Source: an uncultured Flavonifractor sp.
GTDB lineage: Bacteria; Bacillota; Clostridia; Oscillospirales; Oscillospiraceae
Length of the DNA stretch: 64,000 nt
Direction of reading: 5' to 3'
Assembly: GCA_944385575.1 (NCBI GenBank)
Contig: CALWXT010000002.1
Coordinates: 15,476-79,475 of the forward strand
In this document: one piece after another, positions 30,128 to 38,840 of the stretch
How positions within the stretch are numbered: the stretch's first letter is position 1
Layout of the letters: each line of letters starts with the position of its first letter
Program-made: the position numbers and the translations under genes
The notes under the pieces: generated by a model
The model's input: only the letters and a program-made list of their open reading frames with translations
Database searches by the model: none
What the model was told of the DNA's origin: nothing

Positions 30128-30172
30128 GGGCACAAAGTGGTCATCGACAATTCACTTTCTATGTGCTAAAAT
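30128..30172 (+). promoter_or_regulatory. Putative late promoter
   Basis: TCGACA(30144)-17-TAAAAT(30167) with TG extension; GGGCAC box upstream. Confidence 0.55.
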
Positions 30173-30193
30173 TGATAGCGTGGAGGATTGGAA

Positions 30194-31909
30194 ATGAGCA
30201 CCAACATCACCACACCGGCGGCCCAGCCACGGGCCACCACTCCGGACGGATTCAAAGTCTGGTGCAGCTTCGACGAGATCGTGAAACTGGACACCCTGAA
30301 GCCGAATCCCCGGAACCCTAACAAGCACCCGGAGGCCCAGCTCGACCTCCTGGCGAACATCATCAAGAAGGGCGGCTGGCGGGCGTGTATAACCGTCAGC
30401 CGCCGCAGCGGTTTTATTGTGAAAGGCCACGCCCGGCAGGAAGCCGGCGCCCGGGCCGGCGGTCTCTACGCTCCTATCGAGTGGCAGGACTACGCCACCG
30501 AGGCCGACGAGATGGCCGACCTGATCGCCGACAACCGGATCGCCGAGCTGGCGGTGCTCGACGAGCAGGGCATCACCGAGCTGCTGGCGGAGCTGGAGGT
30601 CAACACCGTGGGCCTTGACCCTGAAATGAGCGGTTTTACTTCCGAGCAGATCAGGGACATGGTGGAGAAGGCCAAGAAGGGCCAGGATGAAGCGGAGAAG
30701 CAGGCCGCCCACTTGACCCTCCAGCAAAAGTTCCTGATTTCTCCCTTCACCGTTCTGGACGCCCGCGGGGGCTTCTGGGCCGAGCGCAAGCGGGCCTGGC
30801 GGGCCCTGGGTATTCGCTCCGAAATCGGCCGCGGTGCCGACGAGAAGAAGACCGAGGGCGGCCTTACCTTTGCCCGCAGCTCCCAGCCCCCGGCGGTCTA
30901 CCAGGCCAAGAATGAGTATGAGGCCAAGATCGGGCAGAAAATCTCCTGGGAGGAGTTCGCCGAGCTCTTTCCCGAGGTCATGGCCCAGGGCGGCACCTCC
31001 ATATTTGACCCGGTTCTCTGCGAGGTGGCCTACCGCTGGTTCTGCCCGCAGGGGGGCTCCATCATTGACCCCTTCGCCGGCGGGAGCGTCCGCGGCGTCG
31101 TGGCGGCCCTCACCGGCCGACGCTATACCGGCGTTGACCTTTCCGGCCGCCAGATCGAGGCCAACCTTCAGAATTGGGAGGAAATCTCTCACGAAAGCGT
31201 CTTGGAGGACAGTGACGACATCGAAGTGCCGGCGCCCCGCTGGATAAACGGGGACAGCAGCCACATCGACGAGCTGGCCCCGGGAGAATACGATTTGTTC
31301 TTCACCTGCCCGCCCTATGCCGACCTGGAAGTGTATAGCGATAAGCCAGAAGACCTGTCCAACAAGGATTATCCGGAGTTCCTGGTGCTCTACCGAGCTA
31401 TTATCCAGAAGGCGGCGGCCATGCTGAAGCCGAACCGCTTCGCCTGCATCGTTGTGGGCGATGTGCGGGACAGCTGGGGCTTCTACCACAACTTCGTGAG
31501 CGACACCATCGCGGCCTTCCGGGACGCCGGCCTGGAGCTCTACAACGAAGCCATCCTGATTATGCCCTTCGGCAGCCTCCCGATCCGGGCCGGCAAGCAG
31601 TTTGCCAGCGGCCGGAAGCTGGGCAAGGCCCACCAGAATGTGCTTGTGTTCTGCAACGGAGACCCGGCCCAGAGCGGGGCCTTCAACCTGGAGGAGCCGG
31701 AGGGGTATGCGCGGGACATTGACCGCTATCTCGCCGCCGGCGCCGGCAAGCTGGGCCAGGAGCACCAGAAGGTGTTCGTTTTCTCCAAGGGAGACCCCAT
31801 CCAGGCATCCGCCGACATCGGCGCACCTGAAGATATGGAGGCCCTGGAGGACACCGACAACGCCCGCCTCTTGCGGGAGCTGCTGGGCAGCGAACACCCT
31901 GAAGAATAG
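30194..31909 (+). CDS. ParB-like domain fused to amino-DNA methyltransferase
   Basis: PNPRNP..IVKGHAR..IADNR (ParB); IIDPFAGGS (motif I); TCPPY (motif IV). Confidence 0.85.
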   Translation: MSTNITTPAAQPRATTPDGFKVWCSFDEIVKLDTLKPNPRNPNKHPEAQLDLLANIIKKGGWRACITVSRRSGFIVKGHARQEAGARAGGLYAPIEWQDYATEADEMADLIADNRIAELAVLDEQGITELLAELEVNTVGLDPEMSGFTSEQIRDMVEKAKKGQDEAEKQAAHLTLQQKFLISPFTVLDARGGFWAERKRAWRALGIRSEIGRGADEKKTEGGLTFARSSQPPAVYQAKNEYEAKIGQKISWEEFAELFPEVMAQGGTSIFDPVLCEVAYRWFCPQGGSIIDPFAGGSVRGVVAALTGRRYTGVDLSGRQIEANLQNWEEISHESVLEDSDDIEVPAPRWINGDSSHIDELAPGEYDLFFTCPPYADLEVYSDKPEDLSNKDYPEFLVLYRAIIQKAAAMLKPNRFACIVVGDVRDSWGFYHNFVSDTIAAFRDAGLELYNEAILIMPFGSLPIRAGKQFASGRKLGKAHQNVLVFCNGDPAQSGAFNLEEPEGYARDIDRYLAAGAGKLGQEHQKVFVFSKGDPIQASADIGAPEDMEALEDTDNARLLRELLGSEHPEE

Positions 31910-31920
31910 ACCACCACAGC

Positions 31921-31947
31921 GCGGGGGCTTCGGCCCCCGCTTATTTT
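31921..31947 (+). terminator. Intrinsic terminator between methylase and terS
   Basis: GCGGGGGC-TTCG-GCCCCCGC-TTATTTT. Confidence 0.75.
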
Positions 31948-31969
31948 GTGCAGGAAGGAGGATACCACC

Positions 31970-32599
31970 ATGAAGCCGAAGAAGCCGCCGGAGCCGTCCT
32001 ACAATGGGGAGCTCTGGGAGCAGATGAACGGAGAGACCGCGCTCCAGTATGAAAAGTTCTGCGCCTACCGCGATATGCGGTATAAACCGGCCGACCGGGC
32101 CAAAGACCCGCCGAAGCTGGACATCACCGTAAGCCGGAGCCTGCGGGGCCTGGCGAAATCCCTGGGCATCAACCACAAGACCCTGGAGCCTATCAGCTCG
32201 ACTTTCCGCTGGGTGGAACGGTGTGAAGCCTACGATGCCTATATCCTCCGGCGCCTGCGTGAGAAGAATGAGGCGGACATTCTGAAAATGCGGGAGACCC
32301 ACGCGGCCCTCGCCAACCAGATGTTGAAGAAGGCGACCGCCCGGCTCCTGACCATCCAGGACAAGGACATAACCGCCGCCGACATTGTGCGCCTGGTCGA
32401 TGTCGGGGTCAAGATAGAGCGGTTGAGCCGCGGGGAGAGCACAGAGCGCCAGGAGATCACCGGAGGAGCCAACCTTCGCCACAGCGGCGCCGTCACCATG
32501 ACCGCGCCGGACAGCATCGACCTCTCTGGGCTCTCTGACGAGGAGCTGGGCCAGCTTGAGCAGCTATTGGGAAAGCTACATCAGGAGCCCGGCGTTTGA
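31970..32599 (+). CDS. Terminase small subunit
   Basis: WEQMNGET..F..YRDM, HTH, W..R...YD; directly upstream of and overlapping terL. Confidence 0.75.
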   Translation: MKPKKPPEPSYNGELWEQMNGETALQYEKFCAYRDMRYKPADRAKDPPKLDITVSRSLRGLAKSLGINHKTLEPISSTFRWVERCEAYDAYILRRLREKNEADILKMRETHAALANQMLKKATARLLTIQDKDITAADIVRLVDVGVKIERLSRGESTERQEITGGANLRHSGAVTMTAPDSIDLSGLSDEELGQLEQLLGKLHQEPGV

Positions 32600-34061
32600 T
32601 CCCGGGACGCTGCAAGCCGCCATCCGAAAGGAGAAGGCGGAGCGCAGCCTTTCCGAGTTCATCCGCCAGGCGTGGCCGGTAATCGAACCAGGCACGGAGT
32701 ACATCGAGAACTGGCACACCGACCTCATTTCCGAATACCTTCAGGCGGTGAACCTAGGCCAGATCCACCGCCTGATTGTCAATATCCCTCCCCGGCACAT
32801 GAAATCTATCCATGTGACCGTGAGCTATCCCGTATGGACATGGCTGCGGGCACCGGCCAAACGGTTTATCAAGGTCTCATACAGCGACTCCCTTTCTCGA
32901 AAGCACAACATCCTATCCCGTGATATTATCCGGTCGCCCTGGTATCAAGAGAACTGGGGCGACCGTTTCCACCTGAAGGACGATGTGAACCGGCAGAACG
33001 AATTTCGCAACGACCACCAGGGCATGATGATGTCTACCTCTGTCGGCGGCTCTCTGACTGGCGAAGGCGGCGATGTCATCATCATTGACGACCCGCAGAA
33101 CCCCCTCCAGGCCAACAGCGAGACCGAGCGGCAGAACAGCATCAACTTCTTCAAGAACACCCTCCAGACCCGTCTGAACGACCCCAAGAACGGCACGATT
33201 ATCATAATCATGCAGCGGCTCCATGAGAGTGACCTGACCGGCTATGTTCTGTCAGAGAATCTTGGGTACACCCACCTCTGCATGCCGGCAGAGGCGGAGC
33301 AGCGCACAACCATCACCTTCCCCATCAGCAAGAAGCAGATCACCCGGGAGCCGGGAGACCTGCTCAACCCCAGCCGCTTCGACAAGGAAGTCCTGGACGC
33401 TCTGAAGCGGAGCATGGGCTCGGCGCAGTACGCTGGGCAGTTCCAGCAGACTCCGGCTCCGGCCGAGGGCATTATCTTCAAACGGGAGTGGATGAACAAC
33501 ACCTTCACAGAGCGCAGTCTCCCGCACCAAAGCATTCTTATTCAGTCCTGGGATATGGCCTTCACCAAGAGCGAAGGCAGCGCCAAGGTGGCCGGCTTCG
33601 TGCTCTCCATGGCCGGCAGCAATGTCTATATCCGTGACCTGGAGAACGACAAGATGACCTTCACCGAGAGCGTGGCAGCCGTCCGGCGCCTCACCGGGAA
33701 ATGGCCCAAGGCCCGGGCAAAGGTGGTCGAGAACAAAGCCAACGGCCCGGCCATTGTGGATCTTCTGAAGAAGGAAATCCCCGGTATGGTCGAATTCAAC
33801 CCAAAGGGCAGTAAGGAGGAGCGGGCCATATCCGTTACCCCATATTTCGAGGCCGGGAACATCTGGTTCCCAGACCCCAAAGAGGCACCATGGGTAAACG
33901 ATCTGATCCGAGACCTTCTGATATTCCCCCGAGGCACCTTCAAGGACACCACCGACGCCCTGGTACAGGGCATCTTGTACCTCATGGATAAGCCGGCGAC
34001 CACCGGCCCGCCAAAAGACATCAGCACCACCCACCAAAGTTACTGGCGCGGCCAAAGATAG
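32556..34061 (+). CDS. terL: Terminase large subunit
   Basis: PPRHMKS, TGEGGD, IIIDDP, MQRLH, QFQQTP, SWD, ENKANG, DTTDA. Confidence 0.95.
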   Translation: MSSYWESYIRSPAFDPGTLQAAIRKEKAERSLSEFIRQAWPVIEPGTEYIENWHTDLISEYLQAVNLGQIHRLIVNIPPRHMKSIHVTVSYPVWTWLRAPAKRFIKVSYSDSLSRKHNILSRDIIRSPWYQENWGDRFHLKDDVNRQNEFRNDHQGMMMSTSVGGSLTGEGGDVIIIDDPQNPLQANSETERQNSINFFKNTLQTRLNDPKNGTIIIIMQRLHESDLTGYVLSENLGYTHLCMPAEAEQRTTITFPISKKQITREPGDLLNPSRFDKEVLDALKRSMGSAQYAGQFQQTPAPAEGIIFKREWMNNTFTERSLPHQSILIQSWDMAFTKSEGSAKVAGFVLSMAGSNVYIRDLENDKMTFTESVAAVRRLTGKWPKARAKVVENKANGPAIVDLLKKEIPGMVEFNPKGSKEERAISVTPYFEAGNIWFPDPKEAPWVNDLIRDLLIFPRGTFKDTTDALVQGILYLMDKPATTGPPKDISTTHQSYWRGQR

Positions 34062-34284
34062 GTTTCTGCCCGGAAATCGAAGCAGAAATTCGGCCATTTT
34101 GGTATAATTTCCCTTGTGTCTAACAGGAGGTGACAAAGCGTGGTGGGTACATTTTGGCAGCGGCAGTCCTATACCCGGCCGCCATGGCACGGCTGACGCG
34201 GATCATCGTGGAAAGGAGCAGAGACAGGCAAATCTTCTTTCGCCGGTCAGATGCCCTTCCCAGGCATAAAGGAGGCCACAGAAA

Positions 34285-34449
34285 ATGAGAGCTGCCAGAT
34301 ACATCATCACCATCTGCGCCGACGACACCCCCGCCACCATCACCAGGCCGGACGAGACCGGCGCCCCCGTGACTCTGATCGTCGCCCGCACCTTTGAAGA
34401 AGCCTCGGCCCTCTACCACCAAGCAGAGGGCGGAAGACCCGAAGCGTAA
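34285..34449 (+). CDS. Small hypothetical protein (54 aa)
   Basis: AAGGAGG RBS, followed by a terminator at 34455-34481. Confidence 0.5.
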   Translation: MRAARYIITICADDTPATITRPDETGAPVTLIVARTFEEASALYHQAEGGRPEA

Positions 34450-34504
34450 AGCACAGGGGGCCCCGAATTGGGGCCCCCTTTACAAAAATCTTCTCAGTAT
34501 AGTA

Positions 34505-34532
34505 TTGCAGAAATAGCGGAACATGATATAAT
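34505..34532 (+). promoter_or_regulatory. Moron promoter
   Basis: TTGCAG-16-TATAAT with TG extended -10. Confidence 0.65.
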
Positions 34533-34560
34533 TTCCATATCAGCATTGGGGTGAGGAACA

Positions 34561-35232
34561 ATGAAGATAATCGGAATACTATCTGCCAATTTGGTATTTT
34601 TCTCGCTCATTGCATTTGGAATTACTTTTCCATTATGGATCATACTTAAAATTATGCACAAGAAGCCAAAAAAGCGGATTTTTATCATCCCGCTTCTCAC
34701 ATTTGTAGTGTTCTTCGTTATATTTGGCTTCACATACACGCCAGACCCAAACGCCCCGGCGGAGACCGTGACACCACAGGATGCTGTGTCTTCATCAAAA
34801 CCGGAGCTGGAGCAAAACGGCAGCCAAGAACCGGAGAACTCAACCGGGCTTTCAAAACCTACGATAGACCATGACGATACCACAGCGCCAGAGGTTATAC
34901 CGGAACCAACAACACCAACACCGGAGCCGGAACCGGAGGAAACGCCAGAGCTGGAAACACCAGAGCCAGAAGTCACCCCCACCCCGGAGCCGGAACCGGA
35001 GCCCACACCAGAAGCAACACCGGTGCCCACGCCGACACCGACGCCGATGCCCGATCCGGAGCCTGTCGAGACCACCCCCCAAGAGATTTATGTCGTTATC
35101 ACCCCAACCGGCTCTAAATACCATTACCCAGGGTGCCGCCATGTGAACTCCTCCACTGCGACCACATTAACACTGGAGGAGGCCAAAAGCATGGGCTACA
35201 CTCCTTGTGGTACTTGCCATCCGCCAATGTAA
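34561..35232 (+). CDS. Moron membrane protein: two TMs, Pro/Glu/Thr stalk, C-terminal Ada-like Zn module
   Basis: AT-rich 5' end; EPEPEPTP repeats; TPTGSKYHYPGC..AKSMGYTPCGTC. Confidence 0.85.
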   Translation: MKIIGILSANLVFFSLIAFGITFPLWIILKIMHKKPKKRIFIIPLLTFVVFFVIFGFTYTPDPNAPAETVTPQDAVSSSKPELEQNGSQEPENSTGLSKPTIDHDDTTAPEVIPEPTTPTPEPEPEETPELETPEPEVTPTPEPEPEPTPEATPVPTPTPTPMPDPEPVETTPQEIYVVITPTGSKYHYPGCRHVNSSTATTLTLEEAKSMGYTPCGTCHPPM

Positions 35233-35238
35233 ACCAAC

Positions 35239-35273
35239 AAAGCCAGTCGCTTTTGCGGCTGGCTTTTCTCTTT
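35239..35273 (+). terminator. Moron terminator
   Basis: AAAGCCAGTCGC-TTTT-GCGGCTGGCTTTTCTCTTT. Confidence 0.8.
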
Positions 35274-35283
35274 GAAAAAAGTG

Positions 35284-35324
35284 TTGACTTTTTGAGCCAC
35301 AATAATTATAATATTTTTGTGGCA
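35284..35324 (+). promoter_or_regulatory. Strong promoter with overlapping operator
   Basis: TTGACT-17-TATAAT; GCCACAA...TTGTGGC inverted repeat straddling the -10. Confidence 0.8.
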
Positions 35325-35342
35325 CAGAAAGTAGGTGATGAC

Positions 35343-35516
35343 TTGAGCCCACGCACAGGTCGTCCAAAATCAGATGCACCGAAAGGAATCGAGGTTAAGG
35401 CCAGAATTGATGCCGCCACCAACAAACGGCTCAATGACTACTGCGAGAAGCACCAGAAGACCAGAACCGATGTTGTCCGAGAAGGTATCAATCTGATTTT
35501 GGAACAAGAAAAGTGA
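35343..35516 (+). CDS. Ribbon-helix-helix (Arc/CopG-like) repressor
   Basis: TTG start after AGGTG; GRPK..IEVKARID..LNDYC..TRTDVVREGI. Confidence 0.8.
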   Translation: MSPRTGRPKSDAPKGIEVKARIDAATNKRLNDYCEKHQKTRTDVVREGINLILEQEK

Positions 35517-35615
35517 AGGACACCCGCCGCCCGTCAAAGCATAGCGAGTGTCCTCCGAAACACAACCCCGAGGGATTGATAAATCCATTCTATCAGGCCT
35601 CCGGGGGAATTTCAA
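35505..35615 (-). ncRNA. Predicted antisense RNA (about 75 nt) with its own promoter
   Basis: Minus-strand TTGAAA-17-TAGAAT with TG extension; 14-bp stem with G-U pairs followed by a U-rich tail. Confidence 0.65.
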
Positions 35616-35630
35616 GGAGGAAAAATAGAA

Positions 35631-35867
35631 ATGGACACAATTCACATGTGCTATGAAGGTTATATCCACTCCGAAGTATACCAGCAGCCGACCGAAAAGG
35701 GCCAGGAGTTGAGCGATATTCTCGCCCAGACCGCGGAGCTCCTTCCCAAGCGGGAATACCTGATTTTGGAGGAGGCCGTCAATCGGTATTGCAGCCGGTA
35801 TGAGGAGCGGGCCTTCGCCGCCGGCTTCCGCTTCGCAACCAAGTTGTGGACGGAGGGCCTGGCATGA
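35631..35867 (+). CDS. Small helical hypothetical protein
   Basis: AAGGAGG RBS; EERAFAAGFRFATKL. Confidence 0.75.
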   Translation: MDTIHMCYEGYIHSEVYQQPTEKGQELSDILAQTAELLPKREYLILEEAVNRYCSRYEERAFAAGFRFATKLWTEGLA

Positions 35868-36085
35868 CTACGAGAGAGACTATCGAAGCCGAGCTGAAGC
35901 AGATGGTATTTGACCTCCTCCATGAGCGTGATCGCGAGGAGCTGGAGGAGGGCCACAAGGACGCCTTGGCCCATGTCGCGGCCGCCGAGCAGGCCGGTAT
36001 CCTGGACAACACCCAGGCCACCGCCTGGAGGAATGAGGTCGAGAAGGCCACCGAGTTCAGCAGAATCCGCATGAAGGGAGAGTAA
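35864..36085 (+). CDS. Small hypothetical protein
   Basis: ATGA overlap, GGAGG RBS. Confidence 0.65.
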   Translation: MTTRETIEAELKQMVFDLLHERDREELEEGHKDALAHVAAAEQAGILDNTQATAWRNEVEKATEFSRIRMKGE

Positions 36086-36092
36086 CAGCCAC

Positions 36093-36851
36093 ATGGAAGG
36101 TCTTCAGGTATTCCAGTACCAAGGCAAAGGTGTCCGAACCGTTGACCAGAATGGTCAGCCCTGGTGGGTGCTGGCCGATGTGTGCGAAGTATTGGAGTTG
36201 AAAAACCCTGCAAGAGTGGCCGCTCGTTTGGACGAGGACGAAAAGAATACCCTAACTTTTGTGAAGGGTATTTCTGGCCCTGGGAATCCGACTATGACCA
36301 TCATCAATGAGCCTGGGCTTTACTCGGTGATCCTGCGGAGCAACAAGCCGGAGGCGAAAGCCTTTAAGCGGTGGATTACCCATGAAGTCCTCCCCACCAT
36401 TCGCGCCACAGGGGCCTATGGAGGCCCCCAGGCCACCCCCGCAATCGCTGATACCCTGGAACGCATGACGGGCGTTGTGGAGGCGCTGACGGGCCGTATC
36501 GAGGCCCTGGAGCGGCAGGCACAAGGAAAGCTGAATTTTGAGCCAACCGGGACGCCGCCGGGTGAAATACCTCGCACTACACGGCGCCACTGGATGAGGA
36601 AATTCAACGAAAAGCTGGAGTCCATGCAATACGACCTGGGCATATCAAAACCGGCTATCCTTCGCCGCCTCTATGACCAAGTGGAAAAGCACTTTGATGT
36701 CGTTCTGGATGAAGAGCGATTCCGGTATATTGAAAAAACCGGGCAAGAAGAGTGCTCTGTGCTTGAAATTATCTACCGAAATGAGGAGTATCGGGCCTAT
36801 TTCCAGTATATTATCAACCAAAAGATGGGCCCTGAGTATTGGGATTGGTGA
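36093..36851 (+). CDS. BRO-N domain antirepressor
   Basis: PWWVLADVCEVL, INEPGLYSVILRSNKPEAKAFKRWITHEVLPTIR.TG.Y. Confidence 0.9.
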   Translation: MEGLQVFQYQGKGVRTVDQNGQPWWVLADVCEVLELKNPARVAARLDEDEKNTLTFVKGISGPGNPTMTIINEPGLYSVILRSNKPEAKAFKRWITHEVLPTIRATGAYGGPQATPAIADTLERMTGVVEALTGRIEALERQAQGKLNFEPTGTPPGEIPRTTRRHWMRKFNEKLESMQYDLGISKPAILRRLYDQVEKHFDVVLDEERFRYIEKTGQEECSVLEIIYRNEEYRAYFQYIINQKMGPEYWDW

Positions 36852-36896
36852 CCCCCAGAGGGGCCGGGAGCTCTTGCCCCTGGCCCCTTTCCCATA

Positions 36897-37250
36897 GTTA
36901 CGCACCTGTTACGCATTACACGAGAGTAACAGGTATACTACACCTTGTAACGGTAACGCACAGGAAATGCACGGAATTATTACACCTGATTTCAGTAACA
37001 AACGCCGTGTGTTTCTGGTGTATTTCCGCGTGAGCAGAGAACCCTTCTCTTCCTCACCTGGGGGCAAGAAAAGAGCGGGAAGTTATGCACATATCCAGTT
37101 GAAAATGTTGAAAGTTTTCCTGGGGATATTCACTTTTCAGAACCTTTCCAAAGGGGTGAAGTGTGTAACGCACCTGTAACGCACCAGTAATCCGCTGTTA
37201 CGCGCCTACCTAACCTAACCATACCAAACCAAACCCAACCTAACCATACC
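36897..37250. repeat. Iteron-like GT(A/T)ACGCA repeats, DnaA box and 5-nt periodic CC(A/T)AA tract; putative phage origin
   Basis: Copies near 36897, 36908, 36953, 37165, 37176 and 37197; TTATGCACA at 37083; (CCTAA/CCATA/CCAAA)n at 37205-37250. Confidence 0.7.
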
Positions 37251-37430
37251 AGAGGTATGGAGGCTCACCCCGGGCCAGGGCGTAAGTCTGATTTACCCCC
37301 CTCCTATCCCCTGGGCACCCTGTGGGCATGGGCAGGGCAATTTCACGACCTGAACAACAGAACATAGCCAGTCGCACGGTCGCCACCTTGGCGGCCGTTT
37401 TTCTATTCACTGGAGAAAGGAGGAATCCGA

Positions 37431-38840
37431 GTGCCTACACTACATGAGATAGGCAGAATAGGCCAAAACCGATGGGGCGGCGTCTTCCGTGAAGAGTTCC
37501 TGACGGAGCTTCAAGGATGGCGCGGCGTCCGGGTCTACAAAGAGATGTCGGAAAACGACGACATTGTGGGGGCTATCCTTTTTGCAATCGAGATGCTGAT
37601 CCGGCAGGCCACCTGGGACATCCAGCCGGGCGGAGACACCGCCAAGGACAAGGAGGCCGCCGAGTTCGTGCGGAGCTGCATGGACGATATGAGCGACACC
37701 TGGACGGACACCATCGCGGAAATCCTTTCCTTCCTGACCTTCGGCTGGAGCGCCCATGAGATTGTCTATAAGCGACGCATTGGCCGGAGCAACGATCCCC
37801 GCCTCAAAAGCAAGTATGGGGACGGTCTGATCGGCTGGCAGAAGCTGCCCATCCGGGCCCAAGAGACCCTTTATGAGTGGCGATATGACGATCGAGACAA
37901 CTTGATGGGGCTTGTTCAGATGCCGCCTCCGGACTATGGCCTGATCGAGATACCCGTGGAAAAGTTGTTACTCTTCCGCACAAAGAGCCGGAAAGGAAAC
38001 CCGGAAGGACGGAGCATCCTCCGCAACGCTTACCGGGATTGGTACTTCAAGCGACGCATCCAGGAAATCGAGGGTATCGGCATCGAGCGAGACCTCGCCG
38101 GCTTCCCAGTGCTAACCGCCCCCGTGGGCGTAGACATCTGGGACAGCGAGGACAGCGAAATGGTCTCCATCCGGCAGCGAGCGGAACACATTGTGCAGAA
38201 TATCAGACGGGACAGCCTGGAGGGGCTGGTCAAACCGGCCGGCTGGACGATGGAGCTTCTATCCACCGGCGGCCGCCGGCAGTTCGACACCAACGCCGTT
38301 ATCGAGCGGTACGACAGCCGGATCGCCATGACGGTGCTGGCTGACTTCGTGCTGCTGGGCCACCAGCAGGTCGGTAGCTTCGCATTATCCAGCGACAAGA
38401 CGAAGCTCTTCAGCACCGCCATCGGCGCCTACCTGGACATCATCTGTGAGGTTTTCAACAACCAGGCAATTCCGCGACTTATCGACCTAAACGGTGACCA
38501 CTTCAAGGAAATCACCAAATACCCAAAAATGACCCACGGTGATGTGGAGAGCCCGAACCTTGCCAACCTTGGCACCTTCCTCCGGGAAGTCACCGGGGCA
38601 GGCATACTTATCCCGGACGAAGGCGTGGAGGACTATGTGCGCCAGGCCGCGGGGCTCCCGGATCGCCTGGAGGACTATGGGACACAGCTCAACCAAAACA
38701 ACCGGGAACGCCAGAGGCAGCCCCAGGTCCAGCAGGGACGCACCGCAGCGGGCCAGGAGGAGGGCCAGGAAGGCGAACTCCCGGATGACGACGAAGCGGC
38801 CGTAGAGGCCGCCAAGCGGCGCCTTGGGAGGGATGATTGA
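37431..38840 (+). CDS. Portal protein (DUF935-like)
   Basis: 469 aa upstream of MuF; GNPEGRSILR, GIERDLAGFP, GSFALS; AAAGGAGG RBS. Confidence 0.85.
   Translation: MPTLHEIGRIGQNRWGGVFREEFLTELQGWRGVRVYKEMSENDDIVGAILFAIEMLIRQATWDIQPGGDTAKDKEAAEFVRSCMDDMSDTWTDTIAEILSFLTFGWSAHEIVYKRRIGRSNDPRLKSKYGDGLIGWQKLPIRAQETLYEWRYDDRDNLMGLVQMPPPDYGLIEIPVEKLLLFRTKSRKGNPEGRSILRNAYRDWYFKRRIQEIEGIGIERDLAGFPVLTAPVGVDIWDSEDSEMVSIRQRAEHIVQNIRRDSLEGLVKPAGWTMELLSTGGRRQFDTNAVIERYDSRIAMTVLADFVLLGHQQVGSFALSSDKTKLFSTAIGAYLDIICEVFNNQAIPRLIDLNGDHFKEITKYPKMTHGDVESPNLANLGTFLREVTGAGILIPDEGVEDYVRQAAGLPDRLEDYGTQLNQNNRERQRQPQVQQGRTAAGQEEGQEGELPDDDEAAVEAAKRRLGRDD

Noticed and set aside
30371-30392. GGCGGCTGG/GCGGGCGTGT similarity to the DGR VR as a possible template repeat
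   Set aside because: Short GC-rich coincidence within the ParB domain; no collinear A-rich alignment
34100-34288. Possible small ORF after the TGGTATAAT promoter-like site and AGGAGG
   Set aside because: Reading frame ambiguous (an 18-aa peptide or poorly spaced starts); not supportable
36897-37250. CRISPR array, telomere-like repeat or coding ORFs (36839-37033, 36967-37179)
   Set aside because: Repeats are 8-11 bp and irregularly spaced with no cas genes; 5-mers are degenerate; ORFs lack an RBS and are short
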